Shown one piece after another: positions 17,938-27,125 of a stretch of 64,000 nucleotides of DNA. The notes under the pieces are model-generated. The model worked only from the letters and a program-made list of their open reading frames with translations, had not been told where the DNA came from and made no database searches. Source of the stretch: a virus. Position numbers and translations under genes: made by a program. Location of the stretch: IMG/VR virus record IMGVR_UViG_3300036816_000007, positions 1,839-65,838 of that record. One strand, written 5' to 3'. Numbering within the stretch: the stretch's first letter is position 1; each line of letters begins with the position of its first letter.

Positions 17938-18609
17938 TTACTTGCTTAATTTGTTTGACAGTTCGATTACCTTCGCGAAATCCTTCGACTTCTTCGCGTC
18001 ACTCAATTGTTGCTCGATTGTTCTGCGTTCGTCATCCCCCGGATTATGCTTCGTATCACCGATTGAACTCGGCTTCTTCGGAACATCCGCGAGATACGGT
18101 TTATTCGTTAACAGCGCCTTAACTGCGTCCGCTACGCCAACAGGATTATCGTTATCGTCAACGCTGACTGACGTCAAGTTAGCGAGTATATACGCATCCT
18201 CTAGCGCATCGGCACGCACGTTCAATTCGCGAGCTACCACTTTGAACTCCGCTTTGATAAGGCGCTGGTTAGCGGCTGATAATGCGGCCTCTTTCGCCTG
18301 CTCTGCTTTCTGTGCGCGTTCTAGCGCTTCGGCCTTCTCGGCTTCGAGGCGTTCTGTGACAGACAACTCCGCTCTCTTTCGCTCCTCTTCGGCCTTCTCA
18401 TTTTCGGTAACTTTCGCCTTCAACTCTTCGTAATCCGCGTACTTACTTCGCTCTCTTTTCAGACGGTCCGCGATCAAACGGTCAACTTCGTCCTGGTTAA
18501 ACGCCTTTGGCTGCGGATCAGCCGGTGGATCTTGCGGAGTTGGTGCCGGATTCGGATCGTCTTCTTCTGCGAAAAGTTGCAAGTTCATCGGATACTTAAC
18601 GTTTGTCAT
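17938..18609 (-). CDS. capsid scaffolding protein
   Basis: It has the MNLQLFAEE motif (DUF4355-like) and Glu/Lys-rich coiled coils. It lies upstream of the capsid gene. Confidence 0.7.
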   Translation of the reverse strand: MTNVKYPMNLQLFAEEDDPNPAPTPQDPPADPQPKAFNQDEVDRLIADRLKRERSKYADYEELKAKVTENEKAEEERKRAELSVTERLEAEKAEALERAQKAEQAKEAALSAANQRLIKAEFKVVARELNVRADALEDAYILANLTSVSVDDNDNPVGVADAVKALLTNKPYLADVPKKPSSIGDTKHNPGDDERRTIEQQLSDAKKSKDFAKVIELSNKLSK

Positions 18610-18689
18610 ATCAGTTCCTCCCGCGTTTAAGCGCCGCGTAGCGCATAGTATCCGTCAGTTTAACGACGTATCGTAGGTCGTGCCCAACG

Positions 18690-20969
18690 TTACAGATTAA
18701 CGCGGACAGATTTGCGGAAAATTCCGTAGCCATACGAAAATTCGACCCAAGTGACGCCGTTTGGAGTGGCGTATTGCGCCGATAAGTAGTAATCATCGTT
18801 ACTCTTTTCCGTAACCGTTAGCTTTGCGAATGGGCCAGCGCTTGTCATGACGTCTACTTGGCCAGTTTCAGCTTTGGTAGGGTCGAAGTTTAAAGCCGCA
18901 CGCAAGGTTACCGTTATGGTCGATCCTGCATGTACTGCACTGATCTCTATCTCGTCGCCAGCATGATATGCGAGAGACGAGTTCCAGGCGGTGTTAAATG
19001 CAACCCAACCTTCCGTGTAACCTGCCGGAGCTTTCGGATTATACGGATAAGCGAACTCTTTCGGAGATCCGTCGATTACACCCACAACGTCCTGCAGAAC
19101 GCCTGAGCCGCCGACATAAAATGTAGGCCAACCCTTATCTACGCCTTCGATTTCTTTTGGCCCGTCGTAGCTAAAGTGCATTCCCATCGGATTCCGTCCG
19201 AATGCGTTATCCAGTTGCGCAATACCGATTTCCTTGATGCGTGCTTCTTTTGCCGGATTACTGATTACGCGAGCCGCAGCGTATGCCGCCGAAAGGAATC
19301 CCGTAAGGTTGCCCGGTTCGTTATAGCGGATCATTCCGCCGGTCCACTGATCGGCTTTATACTTCGTACCATCGTTCGGATCAGCGTATTTGCGCAGGTC
19401 CCAAAGGTTATTAGAGCGCGCAATCATAACGTCAACCCAACGGCTAATTTTCTCGCGAGTTCCATTCGGAGCTATTTCCGGATACTTTTCGAGCATATAC
19501 GCTAAGCCTTGAATGGTTACGTACTCGCTCATACGCTGACCTTTCGTCATCGCCGGATCGTCTAAGTCTACGGATTCGACCAACCACTTCGCGTTGTTTA
19601 CCGCCGCGTCCTTGTACTGTTGCGGATTAGCCAAGCCGTCACGTAGAGCCACCTCGTACATAAGCAGGTTCGGACGAATTGCGTAACCGGGCGGCTTTTC
19701 GCCTTTAATACCGCCTATGCTCGGTTGCACTTCGAGCAAGTTGTTATTTGTTGTCAACGTGTGAAATGCTGCTGTCTCGTACCAATGGTAGTTAGACTGT
19801 GGCTCTGCCCACACTTCCACCGCAAAGTCCCGTATCTTGGTGTAAAATGCCGCAGTGACATGCTGCTTAATATCCGGATATAGTGACAAGAAATACGGAA
19901 GCTGTGCCTTAATTAAAGCGTGGTGCTTCTTGCCTTGGTTCTTCCAAAGATCCCAATACCGCAGGACGCCAAATTTCATGAGCCAGATAATGTCGGGCTC
20001 GGTTTGCGTTCGCAGTTCTGTATATTGACTGGTCGCGAGGTTGCTGATCCCCTTTGTCATACGTTCGTACGCGCTCGGATTAGCTTGGTACTGTTGCGTC
20101 AAACTCTCCAATTCAAACGAGAATTGATGACTATCGCGCCAAGCAACGCCATTCTGTCCAACCAAAAACACATCGCTTCGAGACTGATCCATGAATCGGA
20201 GCGTTGGTCCTACGGAAATTCGCTGTGTCCAATACTTTCCGATGCTGAATATATACGACTTGATGCCTGCGCACTCCATATAAAAATCACCGGAGCTCTG
20301 AAATGGCGTAAAGTCGGCGATTTGTCCTTGGACAGTTCCGTTAAAAACGGAAGTATCGTCAGGTTTCGTTTTAATAGCGAAAGGCGTACCGTCTGGAACA
20401 TTCGTAACAGTAGCCCGCTTGGACTTGCGCGCATCGAATCCGGACTGATTCAGATAGATAGCTTGAGTCTCGGTATCCGTTATGCCTGCGCCCATCGGTT
20501 CCGGTCTGTCGCTAGGACTGAACTCGAACCTGATTTGTCCAGCTCTCGTATTGCCAACGTCCGCTTTTACAGCGACCGACATTACCGTACCCGCTTCGGC
20601 TGTTATCGTAGTGAGTTTGAACCATGTCCCACCGTTAATTCTCTGGTTTACAAACTTAACCCAAGTTCCGCCCAGTGATGTAATCGTATACTCTGCCTGC
20701 TCTGTATTTAAGTTACCAGACGGATACCAGGCGTAGACATTGTAAACACCAGTTTTGTCCGCGTAACGGCTCCACTCCGCTGTGTCCCCACGCGTAGATG
20801 AATAGGAAGTGCTTCCGGAATCAAATCCGGTCAAGCTACTCACTAGCCAATTTCCTGTTTCGCGATAGTTCGAGTCACTTCTGAAAATCTTGTAATCCCA
20901 ATTCAATTGTCTACCGCGCTTCATACTCCTTACCGGGACCAAGTGTCGTGATGGTTTAATTCTGCTCAT
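18690..20969 (-). CDS. GH9-like multidomain glycan-binding/hydrolase-like protein
   Basis: 759 aa with three recognisable parts: a golvesin-like N-terminal domain (NWLVSSLTGFDSGSTSYSS...VYNVYAWYPSG...GGTWFKL), a CelD_N-like Ig domain (IYLNQSGFDARKSKRATV) and a GH9-like barrel (FGRNPMGMHFSY; YTEGWVAFNTAWN). The DAGD motif position reads WRDSHQ. Confidence 0.6.
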   Translation of the reverse strand: MSRIKPSRHLVPVRSMKRGRQLNWDYKIFRSDSNYRETGNWLVSSLTGFDSGSTSYSSTRGDTAEWSRYADKTGVYNVYAWYPSGNLNTEQAEYTITSLGGTWVKFVNQRINGGTWFKLTTITAEAGTVMSVAVKADVGNTRAGQIRFEFSPSDRPEPMGAGITDTETQAIYLNQSGFDARKSKRATVTNVPDGTPFAIKTKPDDTSVFNGTVQGQIADFTPFQSSGDFYMECAGIKSYIFSIGKYWTQRISVGPTLRFMDQSRSDVFLVGQNGVAWRDSHQFSFELESLTQQYQANPSAYERMTKGISNLATSQYTELRTQTEPDIIWLMKFGVLRYWDLWKNQGKKHHALIKAQLPYFLSLYPDIKQHVTAAFYTKIRDFAVEVWAEPQSNYHWYETAAFHTLTTNNNLLEVQPSIGGIKGEKPPGYAIRPNLLMYEVALRDGLANPQQYKDAAVNNAKWLVESVDLDDPAMTKGQRMSEYVTIQGLAYMLEKYPEIAPNGTREKISRWVDVMIARSNNLWDLRKYADPNDGTKYKADQWTGGMIRYNEPGNLTGFLSAAYAAARVISNPAKEARIKEIGIAQLDNAFGRNPMGMHFSYDGPKEIEGVDKGWPTFYVGGSGVLQDVVGVIDGSPKEFAYPYNPKAPAGYTEGWVAFNTAWNSSLAYHAGDEIEISAVHAGSTITVTLRAALNFDPTKAETGQVDVMTSAGPFAKLTVTEKSNDDYYLSAQYATPNGVTWVEFSYGYGIFRKSVRVNL

Positions 20970-20983
20970 ACCTCACGCCCTCC

Positions 20984-21580
20984 TTAGCGTTTAACTCCGA
21001 TAAATCGTATGGTAATGCTTCCAGTCGTTGGCGCGGCAGATGCTTTATACGCGAGAGAAAAGGCGCCATCAATATTGAATCGAGTTTCAAAAAGATGATC
21101 AGGTGATTTCACTTTTTTAGTTCCTGCAGCGTTTGACTTCGGGGCCATCTCGTTCAGGAAGAATACGCCACTATTTGCGGCCGCCTTCTTAGGAACGACC
21201 CAACTATACGCATCATCTGTCGCTACCGTAGTGGAAAATATCCCGATCGTGTCGTCTTCAAATACAGCTGGAGCAGTGTTCCAAGGCACAACTCGCAAAT
21301 CCTGATCTAGTCCGTTGAAAACTTGGATCACGTAGCGTTTGTACTTAAGCAAACTAGGCAATGCAACTGTCTTGGCATTCCCGTCTCTAACTTGCTCGCT
21401 GGTTAGTAAAGTAATAATTTCGATCGGATCAGTCTCTGTGTTGGTGCCTGTACCTGTTGTTCCTCCTGCTTGTTTAACTGGAAGCATCTCTCCTGAGTTG
21501 ATAAAATCTGCGCCTTGAATATCGACGGGCACAACAACTGAGCTGCCGGCTAGGGTCACACCATTGTCTGTAATACGCAT
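20984..21580 (-). CDS. hypothetical beta-rich protein
   Basis: 198 aa with an AAGGAGG SD. It is part of the 3-gene block between the MuF-like and scaffold genes. Confidence 0.55.
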   Translation of the reverse strand: MRITDNGVTLAGSSVVVPVDIQGADFINSGEMLPVKQAGGTTGTGTNTETDPIEIITLLTSEQVRDGNAKTVALPSLLKYKRYVIQVFNGLDQDLRVVPWNTAPAVFEDDTIGIFSTTVATDDAYSWVVPKKAAANSGVFFLNEMAPKSNAAGTKKVKSPDHLFETRFNIDGAFSLAYKASAAPTTGSITIRFIGVKR

Positions 21581-21583
21581 CGA

Positions 21584-21847
21584 TTACCGCGCCTCCTTGC
21601 CGGCAACGATTTGGTAGAATCCAGATGCTACGATTTCAATCCGGTCAAAGGGGGCAAGCGACCATTCGATACTTTGTCCGTCTTTCATCACGAAATTACT
21701 TACGATGACATACCTTTGGTTTTTCACTGTAAACGTTAAATCTGCGCCACTCTTGTTGTTAAGGAACAGCGCCGTAGCTGTCGTACCCAATTCCACCGTC
21801 TTATTCGTAGTCGCCGTAGTTGCCTCTATCACGCGTTTCTCTGCCAC
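21584..21847 (-). CDS. hypothetical small beta-rich protein
   Basis: 87 aa with a GTG start after GGAGGAGG. Confidence 0.5.
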   Translation of the reverse strand: MAEKRVIEATTATTNKTVELGTTATALFLNNKSGADLTFTVKNQRYVIVSNFVMKDGQSIEWSLAPFDRIEIVASGFYQIVAGKEAR

Positions 21848-22690
21848 CTAAATACCTCCTCCGATATTTTCCGGACTTCTTACCGGAGACAGTACGTGAC
21901 GGCAACGTGGATGGAATATTTCGCGGCGAGGTAGGAAGCCAACGTACGGATACTCTCCAGGAGCGTCCGGAATTAATTTGACGATGCGCCCCTCCCATTG
22001 AGCACACGCATCGTTTGCGCCATGACTTGATATCCTGGCGTAAAAAGCGCCTCGTCCGATCGCTTCGTTCATCGTTGCGTCTCGGTGCGCGGCGTTAAGT
22101 TTCGTTCGTGTTACGGTATCGACGTATACTTCCGGCTTCCAGCGTCGTCCTGCTGCGTCTATAATGCCGGTGTCCGTCGCTTGGCCGAGTGTCTTACGGA
22201 TGCCCGCGAGTGTGTCCGCGTTTATCGTACGGCGACCGTTAATGCCTGACGCCATGTTAGCGCGGAAAGACTCTGCGGTAGCTTGGCGAACAGCCTGACG
22301 TACACGGCGGTCGATATTTTGCGTAACCGCAAGTAAATCCGCCTGCGTATCCGCGATTGCCGACGCTACGAGCTCGCGGTTGATCCGGTTAAATTTAACG
22401 ATCTTCTCCGCATCTGCCAACGTACTAGCGACGCCTAGTTCGACGATTGCCCGCGCTATTCCATCCGTTGCTGCTTTCGGTACATACTCCGCAACCCAGG
22501 CGGCCGACTCCGCGTTCAGATCACGCAAAATAGCCGCAATCTCAGCGAGAGCGGCCTTTGCATGTGCGCGTGATATGTCGGATACATCAAGGCGTGATAG
22601 TTCCGTGGCTATTGCCAGGATTCCGCGTTTATATGCGTTAACGAGACGGTTGATATCGCGGTCATAGTTCGGATCAGGAATCCGCGCCAT
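21848..22690 (-). CDS. minor head protein (Mu F / SPP1 gp7 family)
   Basis: The C-terminus FHPRCRHVLSPV and the position directly after the portal gene support the call. Confidence 0.75.
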   Translation of the reverse strand: MARIPDPNYDRDINRLVNAYKRGILAIATELSRLDVSDISRAHAKAALAEIAAILRDLNAESAAWVAEYVPKAATDGIARAIVELGVASTLADAEKIVKFNRINRELVASAIADTQADLLAVTQNIDRRVRQAVRQATAESFRANMASGINGRRTINADTLAGIRKTLGQATDTGIIDAAGRRWKPEVYVDTVTRTKLNAAHRDATMNEAIGRGAFYARISSHGANDACAQWEGRIVKLIPDAPGEYPYVGFLPRREIFHPRCRHVLSPVRSPENIGGGI

Positions 22691-24249
22691 TATACGATGA
22701 CCTCGTTAAATATTTCGCTATCGACCGTTCCGTTAACGCGTTTCTCATCGTCGTCAATACGGCGTAGCATTTCTTCCGCAAGCTTATCGTCAACTCCGTC
22801 GAGGTATTTAACCGCGTCGCTAACGGACATTGTCGGTTTGGCTCCGGTTCGGATGCTCGCAACCTCAGCGGCTTCTTTCTCATCACGCGGCAGTCCATCA
22901 CGCCAGTTAATCCGCGGATAAATCGGCTCGTACGGTTCGAAGTCCGGAACACCATCATTTGCGTAGTTTTCGAGCTGCATCGCGGTCCAAATCGCCTCAC
23001 GAAGCGCCTTATCAACATGTGCGCGTATCCGGTTGACTTTCGCCAGGATCGGCATGAACCGCGCTTTAATTGCACCGGAATCCGTATGTGAGGTACCGGT
23101 GCCCCCTTTATCCGCGGCAAGCGTAGTACCGAACAGCCATTGCGGCGTTTCGCTCATTTGATAGACGAGGCCGAGAAGGACATCGAGTTCCTTAAATGCG
23201 CCGTCAAGCTGCGAATTCCACGTCATATACCCCGGCACTACGTCGTCTTTGCTGACTTCGATGTACTTACCGCCAAAACGTACGGCATTCTCGTCGCTTT
23301 CATCAACTTCCGGTCCGTATGCAGTTGGGTCACTGTGCTTCCACAGAATGTAATCGATTTGTACGAGTCGGTCGTTAATCGCGGCCAGCACGCTCTCAAG
23401 CTTCTCTATGCCGCTGATTCCTTCCCATCGGTCATCCACGCTCTTATACGGAATGTGATGTACAAGTAAGCGGTCAGTTCCGGTCGGTACTACGTCTACA
23501 TCGCGTCCGGTATCTACGGCATCGCCAATCGTAAATGTCGCAATTGGAACGCCCCACTGGTCGTTAACGCCTTTATCTTCGAGTTTAAAACGCTCATACA
23601 GGATGTATCCCGGTACATGACGCTCGACCACGAGGTATGGCGTATAGCTTCGATCAATTCCCGAGATAAATCGTACGATGCGTCCGTTCGGCTCTTCCAC
23701 CCAATCGATCCATGCGATATTGAACGCTTTGAACTTCTTACGTGATCCGTTCGATAGCTCCGGGAAGACGATGTTCGCCGGTACCGCTTCAATAATTGGC
23801 TCAAGTTCCGTTTCTGGCGCAGGTAATCCGAGTGCTTCCGTCTCACTAACGTCTGCGCGCGTACCGAAATACGTCTTGAGATACGAGTCGCCGCGGTAAC
23901 CTCCGCCGATGACGAGCTCGTGTGTAGCTTGAACCAAATCGTTCTCCTCAACGATGGAATCAAGCCGTTCCTGCTCGCGGCTGCCTGCGCCTGTTCCGCT
24001 TTCAAACGTTGGCGGCTCACCGGTTAGTAGATCCGCGGGCTTCGTCAGCAAAATATCCATCAAGTTCACCGCGATAAATAACGTTTGGAGCTGCGGCGCG
24101 TGCGGAGTGTCTTGTAAAAGTGATGCCGCTCTGTCATAGATCTCAGGATGGCGACCGTCGAAGATGATGCGTCCACGTTTATATCGGGCCAGGCGTGGAA
24201 TATCCTCCTCCGGCGGGTACTGCGATCCTGTCGTAAATATTCGTGCCAT
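22690..24249 (-). CDS. portal protein
   Basis: ~519 aa. The call rests on its position and on the N-terminus YPPEEDIPRLARYKRGRIIFDGRH. The ATG at 24249 follows AGGAGGA. Confidence 0.8.
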   Translation of the reverse strand: MARIFTTGSQYPPEEDIPRLARYKRGRIIFDGRHPEIYDRAASLLQDTPHAPQLQTLFIAVNLMDILLTKPADLLTGEPPTFESGTGAGSREQERLDSIVEENDLVQATHELVIGGGYRGDSYLKTYFGTRADVSETEALGLPAPETELEPIIEAVPANIVFPELSNGSRKKFKAFNIAWIDWVEEPNGRIVRFISGIDRSYTPYLVVERHVPGYILYERFKLEDKGVNDQWGVPIATFTIGDAVDTGRDVDVVPTGTDRLLVHHIPYKSVDDRWEGISGIEKLESVLAAINDRLVQIDYILWKHSDPTAYGPEVDESDENAVRFGGKYIEVSKDDVVPGYMTWNSQLDGAFKELDVLLGLVYQMSETPQWLFGTTLAADKGGTGTSHTDSGAIKARFMPILAKVNRIRAHVDKALREAIWTAMQLENYANDGVPDFEPYEPIYPRINWRDGLPRDEKEAAEVASIRTGAKPTMSVSDAVKYLDGVDDKLAEEMLRRIDDDEKRVNGTVDSEIFNEVIV

Positions 24250-24532
24250 CAATGTCCTCCTCTCCGCTCAGTATTGCTCGAATTATTCCAACACGTTCCA
24301 ATCGTTTTGGATCGACTTCGCCACGCAAATGCGCAGCAAGCTCAGACCAGAACAAAAAGCCCAGCGCGACCATACGGTGTTGGCGAGAGCCTGCGTTTAA
24401 CGTTGCTAGATGCTCTCGTAAAGCCCGATTCTTCTGTGCTGAGAATGTTGCCCACTTGTCCGAGTCAGTTCGCTTCACCTGCGTCAGGTATTCGTTCTCT
24501 ATCGACATCCAGTAGCTGGTTAAGTCAAACAT
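24179..24532 (-). CDS. hypothetical protein between TerL and the portal
   Basis: Start MFDLTSYW lies 9 nt after GGGAGGAG. The 3' end overlaps the portal start out of frame by about 70 nt. Confidence 0.5.
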   Translation of the reverse strand: MFDLTSYWMSIENEYLTQVKRTDSDKWATFSAQKNRALREHLATLNAGSRQHRMVALGFLFWSELAAHLRGEVDPKRLERVGIIRAILSGEEDIDGTNIYDRIAVPAGGGYSTPGPI

Positions 24533-24549
24533 AGCAATCGCTCCTCCCG

Positions 24550-26250
24550 TTACATCCACTTCGGCTTATTCTTGACTCTATTCTTGCCCGTCTTTGCAAT
24601 ACTTACGGCTTGCTCAAGGGCATCCGGCAAGTCATCGTGCGAGCCTGTGCCGTAATATTCGAACTGTTCAAGCAAAAGCGTATGTTTCCGTGAAAATTGA
24701 ATAGCGCCACTCTCGATATCCGGGAGCAGCGCCTCTATACGGAGCTCTTTACGACTCCGTTGGTGTATTTCCTTAACGCGGGTACTAGCCGGATATCCTG
24801 CGGCTCTCAGCGCCTCTTTCAGCTTCTGTACGAAGAACTCCTGCGCCGCCTGAGCCTCCGCAGCGATTCCATTCGGCTGATAGCGCATAACCTTCTCGAC
24901 GATGACGCGAATAAACTCGTCAGGCTTAACGCGCTCACCGTACGCATCGATAACGTACTTCGTTCCGGTCTTCTTGTGGCGTGCGATCGTAACAATGGCG
25001 GAATAGTCTCCGCGCTGTTTACCCATCGCAAAGTCAACGCCCATGTATACGTCAAATACGTTAGCTGGCGGAGGATATTGCGTTAGGAGTTCACGAACAT
25101 CCGCGCTATCCCAATACGTAAATGACTCCGGATTGAATATCATCGATTCCTCATCGACCGGATTGTTCATGTACTCCGTATTGAACGCCTTCGCTCCGTT
25201 ATCCCATTTCCACGCCATCAACTTCCATATTGGCTGTGCTTCCGGCCATAGTACTACGGCTCCTCGGTCCATTTCCTTGCGATTAGCTTCGTAAAGGGCT
25301 CGTGCGTCCCTAGCGCGTTCATCTTTCGGTCTGTCCGGATCTTTATAGACGAGATGGCACGCTTCCCATAAGTCCATACGCGCGGGCCATTCGATAATCG
25401 CGCGGTAGACACGGCTCTTAAAATCCGAACGGTTGTATAAAACGTCAACAAGGAGCGCTTCGTGATGGACCGTTGTTCCCATGTAGATAAACGCGGTCTT
25501 CTTGCCGCGCGGATCTCCGAGAGGTACGACAGTCTGTGCGAACCAATCCTTGAGCTTCTTCCGTAGTTCCGGAGTCGCCGCGTTAGACTTGATATCTTCC
25601 AAGTCGTCACATACGATCAAATCCGGCCGCACACCGTTCCAGTTACGTCCACGGAGCGCCTGGCCCGTTGAGGCAGCCTCTACCTTCGTAAGCAGCCGTT
25701 TCGTACCATCTTCGCGCGGTTCCCATGCGATAAACTCCGATGAGTTATCTTTCGGATTCTCTTGTTGCTTCGGACTCAGTAACGGACCGAAGTCCGCACG
25801 TAACTTCGCGTTACTCTTGAGCTGCATCGCAATCCAATCGAGGTTGGCGGATGATACCGCAGGCGTCTCCGATATGATGATCTCGTATTTACGCTTTCGA
25901 TACGTAATCTCCCGTATCGGCATCGCCTTGGATAAATACGTTGATTTAGCGTGAGATCGGGGCGCCGCCTCCGCTACCTTATCGTTTGTATGAACGTTGC
26001 TTACATCGTCCATAAGCGCGCAGATTTCACGGTGAAAATCAGGAGCTTCGTCGTACTCCGTAATATCAAACCCGTCCCAGTTTCCGTCGTTGCCGGGATT
26101 CCGCGCATCTGAGAAGTATTCTAGCGCAAATTCGATAAGATTCGTTTCGCAGCGGTGTACCCGTTCTAGGCGCTCATATTCCGCAAGCTGTGCGTCAATA
26201 TCCGCCGCGTCATCCGCTGAAAGGTCGGCGATATCTACGCCTTCAAGCAC
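24550..26250 (-). CDS. terL: terminase large subunit
   Basis: Walker-A-like AAPRSHAKSTYLS, Walker-B-like LIVCDDLED and a C-terminal nuclease region. The 5' end is uncertain (see findings). Confidence 0.85.
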   Translation of the reverse strand: MLEGVDIADLSADDAADIDAQLAEYERLERVHRCETNLIEFALEYFSDARNPGNDGNWDGFDITEYDEAPDFHREICALMDDVSNVHTNDKVAEAAPRSHAKSTYLSKAMPIREITYRKRKYEIIISETPAVSSANLDWIAMQLKSNAKLRADFGPLLSPKQQENPKDNSSEFIAWEPREDGTKRLLTKVEAASTGQALRGRNWNGVRPDLIVCDDLEDIKSNAATPELRKKLKDWFAQTVVPLGDPRGKKTAFIYMGTTVHHEALLVDVLYNRSDFKSRVYRAIIEWPARMDLWEACHLVYKDPDRPKDERARDARALYEANRKEMDRGAVVLWPEAQPIWKLMAWKWDNGAKAFNTEYMNNPVDEESMIFNPESFTYWDSADVRELLTQYPPPANVFDVYMGVDFAMGKQRGDYSAIVTIARHKKTGTKYVIDAYGERVKPDEFIRVIVEKVMRYQPNGIAAEAQAAQEFFVQKLKEALRAAGYPASTRVKEIHQRSRKELRIEALLPDIESGAIQFSRKHTLLLEQFEYYGTGSHDDLPDALEQAVSIAKTGKNRVKNKPKWM

Positions 26251-26441
26251 GTCAAGTAGCGCGGAAAGCTCGTTAAGCCTTGCCGCGCGTTCGTCTCTTC
26301 CGATCCATTTACCGTTAGTCCATGCGATAGATACCGCCCCCCTTCGTAGTTACGTTGAAATTGCGTAGATTTAGCGTGTTTAGGCGCTGACCCTAACGGA
26401 TACACTCCGAACGGGTGAAACGCGCTAATTACACGGTGATT

Positions 26442-26543
26442 TTACGTGATTAGATAGCGTATTAACTTTCCGATAGCCACCGCGCACGTCAATATCGCCA
26501 GTACGACGCCTAAATCCGTGATCTCGCGTTTGAATCGAGCCAT
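26442..26543 (-). CDS. possible 33-aa membrane peptide
   Basis: GGAGG lies 9 nt upstream of the ATG. The peptide MARFKREITDLGVVLAILTCAVAIGKLIRYLIT has one TM segment. Confidence 0.35.
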   Translation of the reverse strand: MARFKREITDLGVVLAILTCAVAIGKLIRYLIT

Positions 26544-26617
26544 GCCGCATCGCCTCCGTAAAGTCCAAAGTTAAAATTTGATACGCGGATTGTAAATGTA
26601 CCAGATGCGGCGGCCGA

Positions 26618-26665
26618 CGAAGGGGGCCTTGGGGGGGGTCACGCCAGCACCGCCGCCCCTCTTCG
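26618..26665. other. GC-rich imperfect inverted repeat with a G8 run
   Basis: CGAAGGGGGC (26618-26627) pairs with GCCCC-T-CTTCG (26655-26665). An alternative pairing is GCGGCGG with CCGCCGC. Confidence 0.5.
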
Positions 26666-26684
26666 CAACCACTCCGTTTATTCA

Positions 26685-26985
26685 TCCGCAATGCATAATC
26701 GTAACGATCCCGTTTAATCACGGATATGCACGGACATGTGCACAAAATCCCGTATACGGTGCAATAGTCCGCTCCGCAAACCCGCGCCACGCCTACGTTT
26801 ATTTACGCTGCATAAACGCGCCTTATACATCGCATATGCATTTCCAGTTATTAACGCGTACAACCCGCGCCGTTATGCGGATTATGCCCGTTAGTAGCTG
26901 GAAGGTTATACGGTCATTTCCCGTACCCTTCCGCGCTGTTTATAATGCCGATATACAGCCGAAAATAGGCGTTATGCATAAACCG
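26685..26985. repeat. dispersed TATGC(A)-type motif cluster in the TerS-TerL gap
   Basis: Instances: AATGCATAA, ATATGCAC, CTGCATAAAC, ATATGCAT, TTATGCGG, TTATGCCC and TTATGCATAAAC. There is no credible ORF in this region. Confidence 0.5.
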
Positions 26986-27125
26986 TCGCACTATAACGTA
27001 GTGAAGCGTTGAGGTGGCGGAAAGTTTCGGGGAGGGTGCGCGGGACGGGCGCGTTGTAGATAAAACGGAGGCTCAGTCGGACTCGGTCGCCTACCCTCGC
27101 GCATCTCCCTTCATATAATGGCGCA

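Noticed and set aside
18611-18796. Track ORF 18611..18796 (-).
   Set aside because: It overlaps the 3' end of the GH9-like gene in another frame. It has no SD and its sequence is unconvincing.
26425-27012. Track ORFs 26425..26790 (-) and 26596..27012 (+).
   Set aside because: Their compositions are Arg/Cys/Pro-rich and look like junk. They have no SD and overlap each other on opposite strands in a repeat-rich non-coding region.
27060-27100. A tRNA-like D-arm string (GCTCAGTCGG) downstream of terS.
   Set aside because: There is no acceptor stem, anticodon arm or GTTCGAATC-type T-loop nearby. No cloverleaf can be drawn.
26251-27125. A group I intron or a split terL in the terS-terL gap.
   Set aside because: TerL (566 aa) already has a complete N-terminal ATPase with Walker A. 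No upstream exon-like ORF follows terS. I saw no intron-like P-helix pattern or homing-endonuclease ORF.
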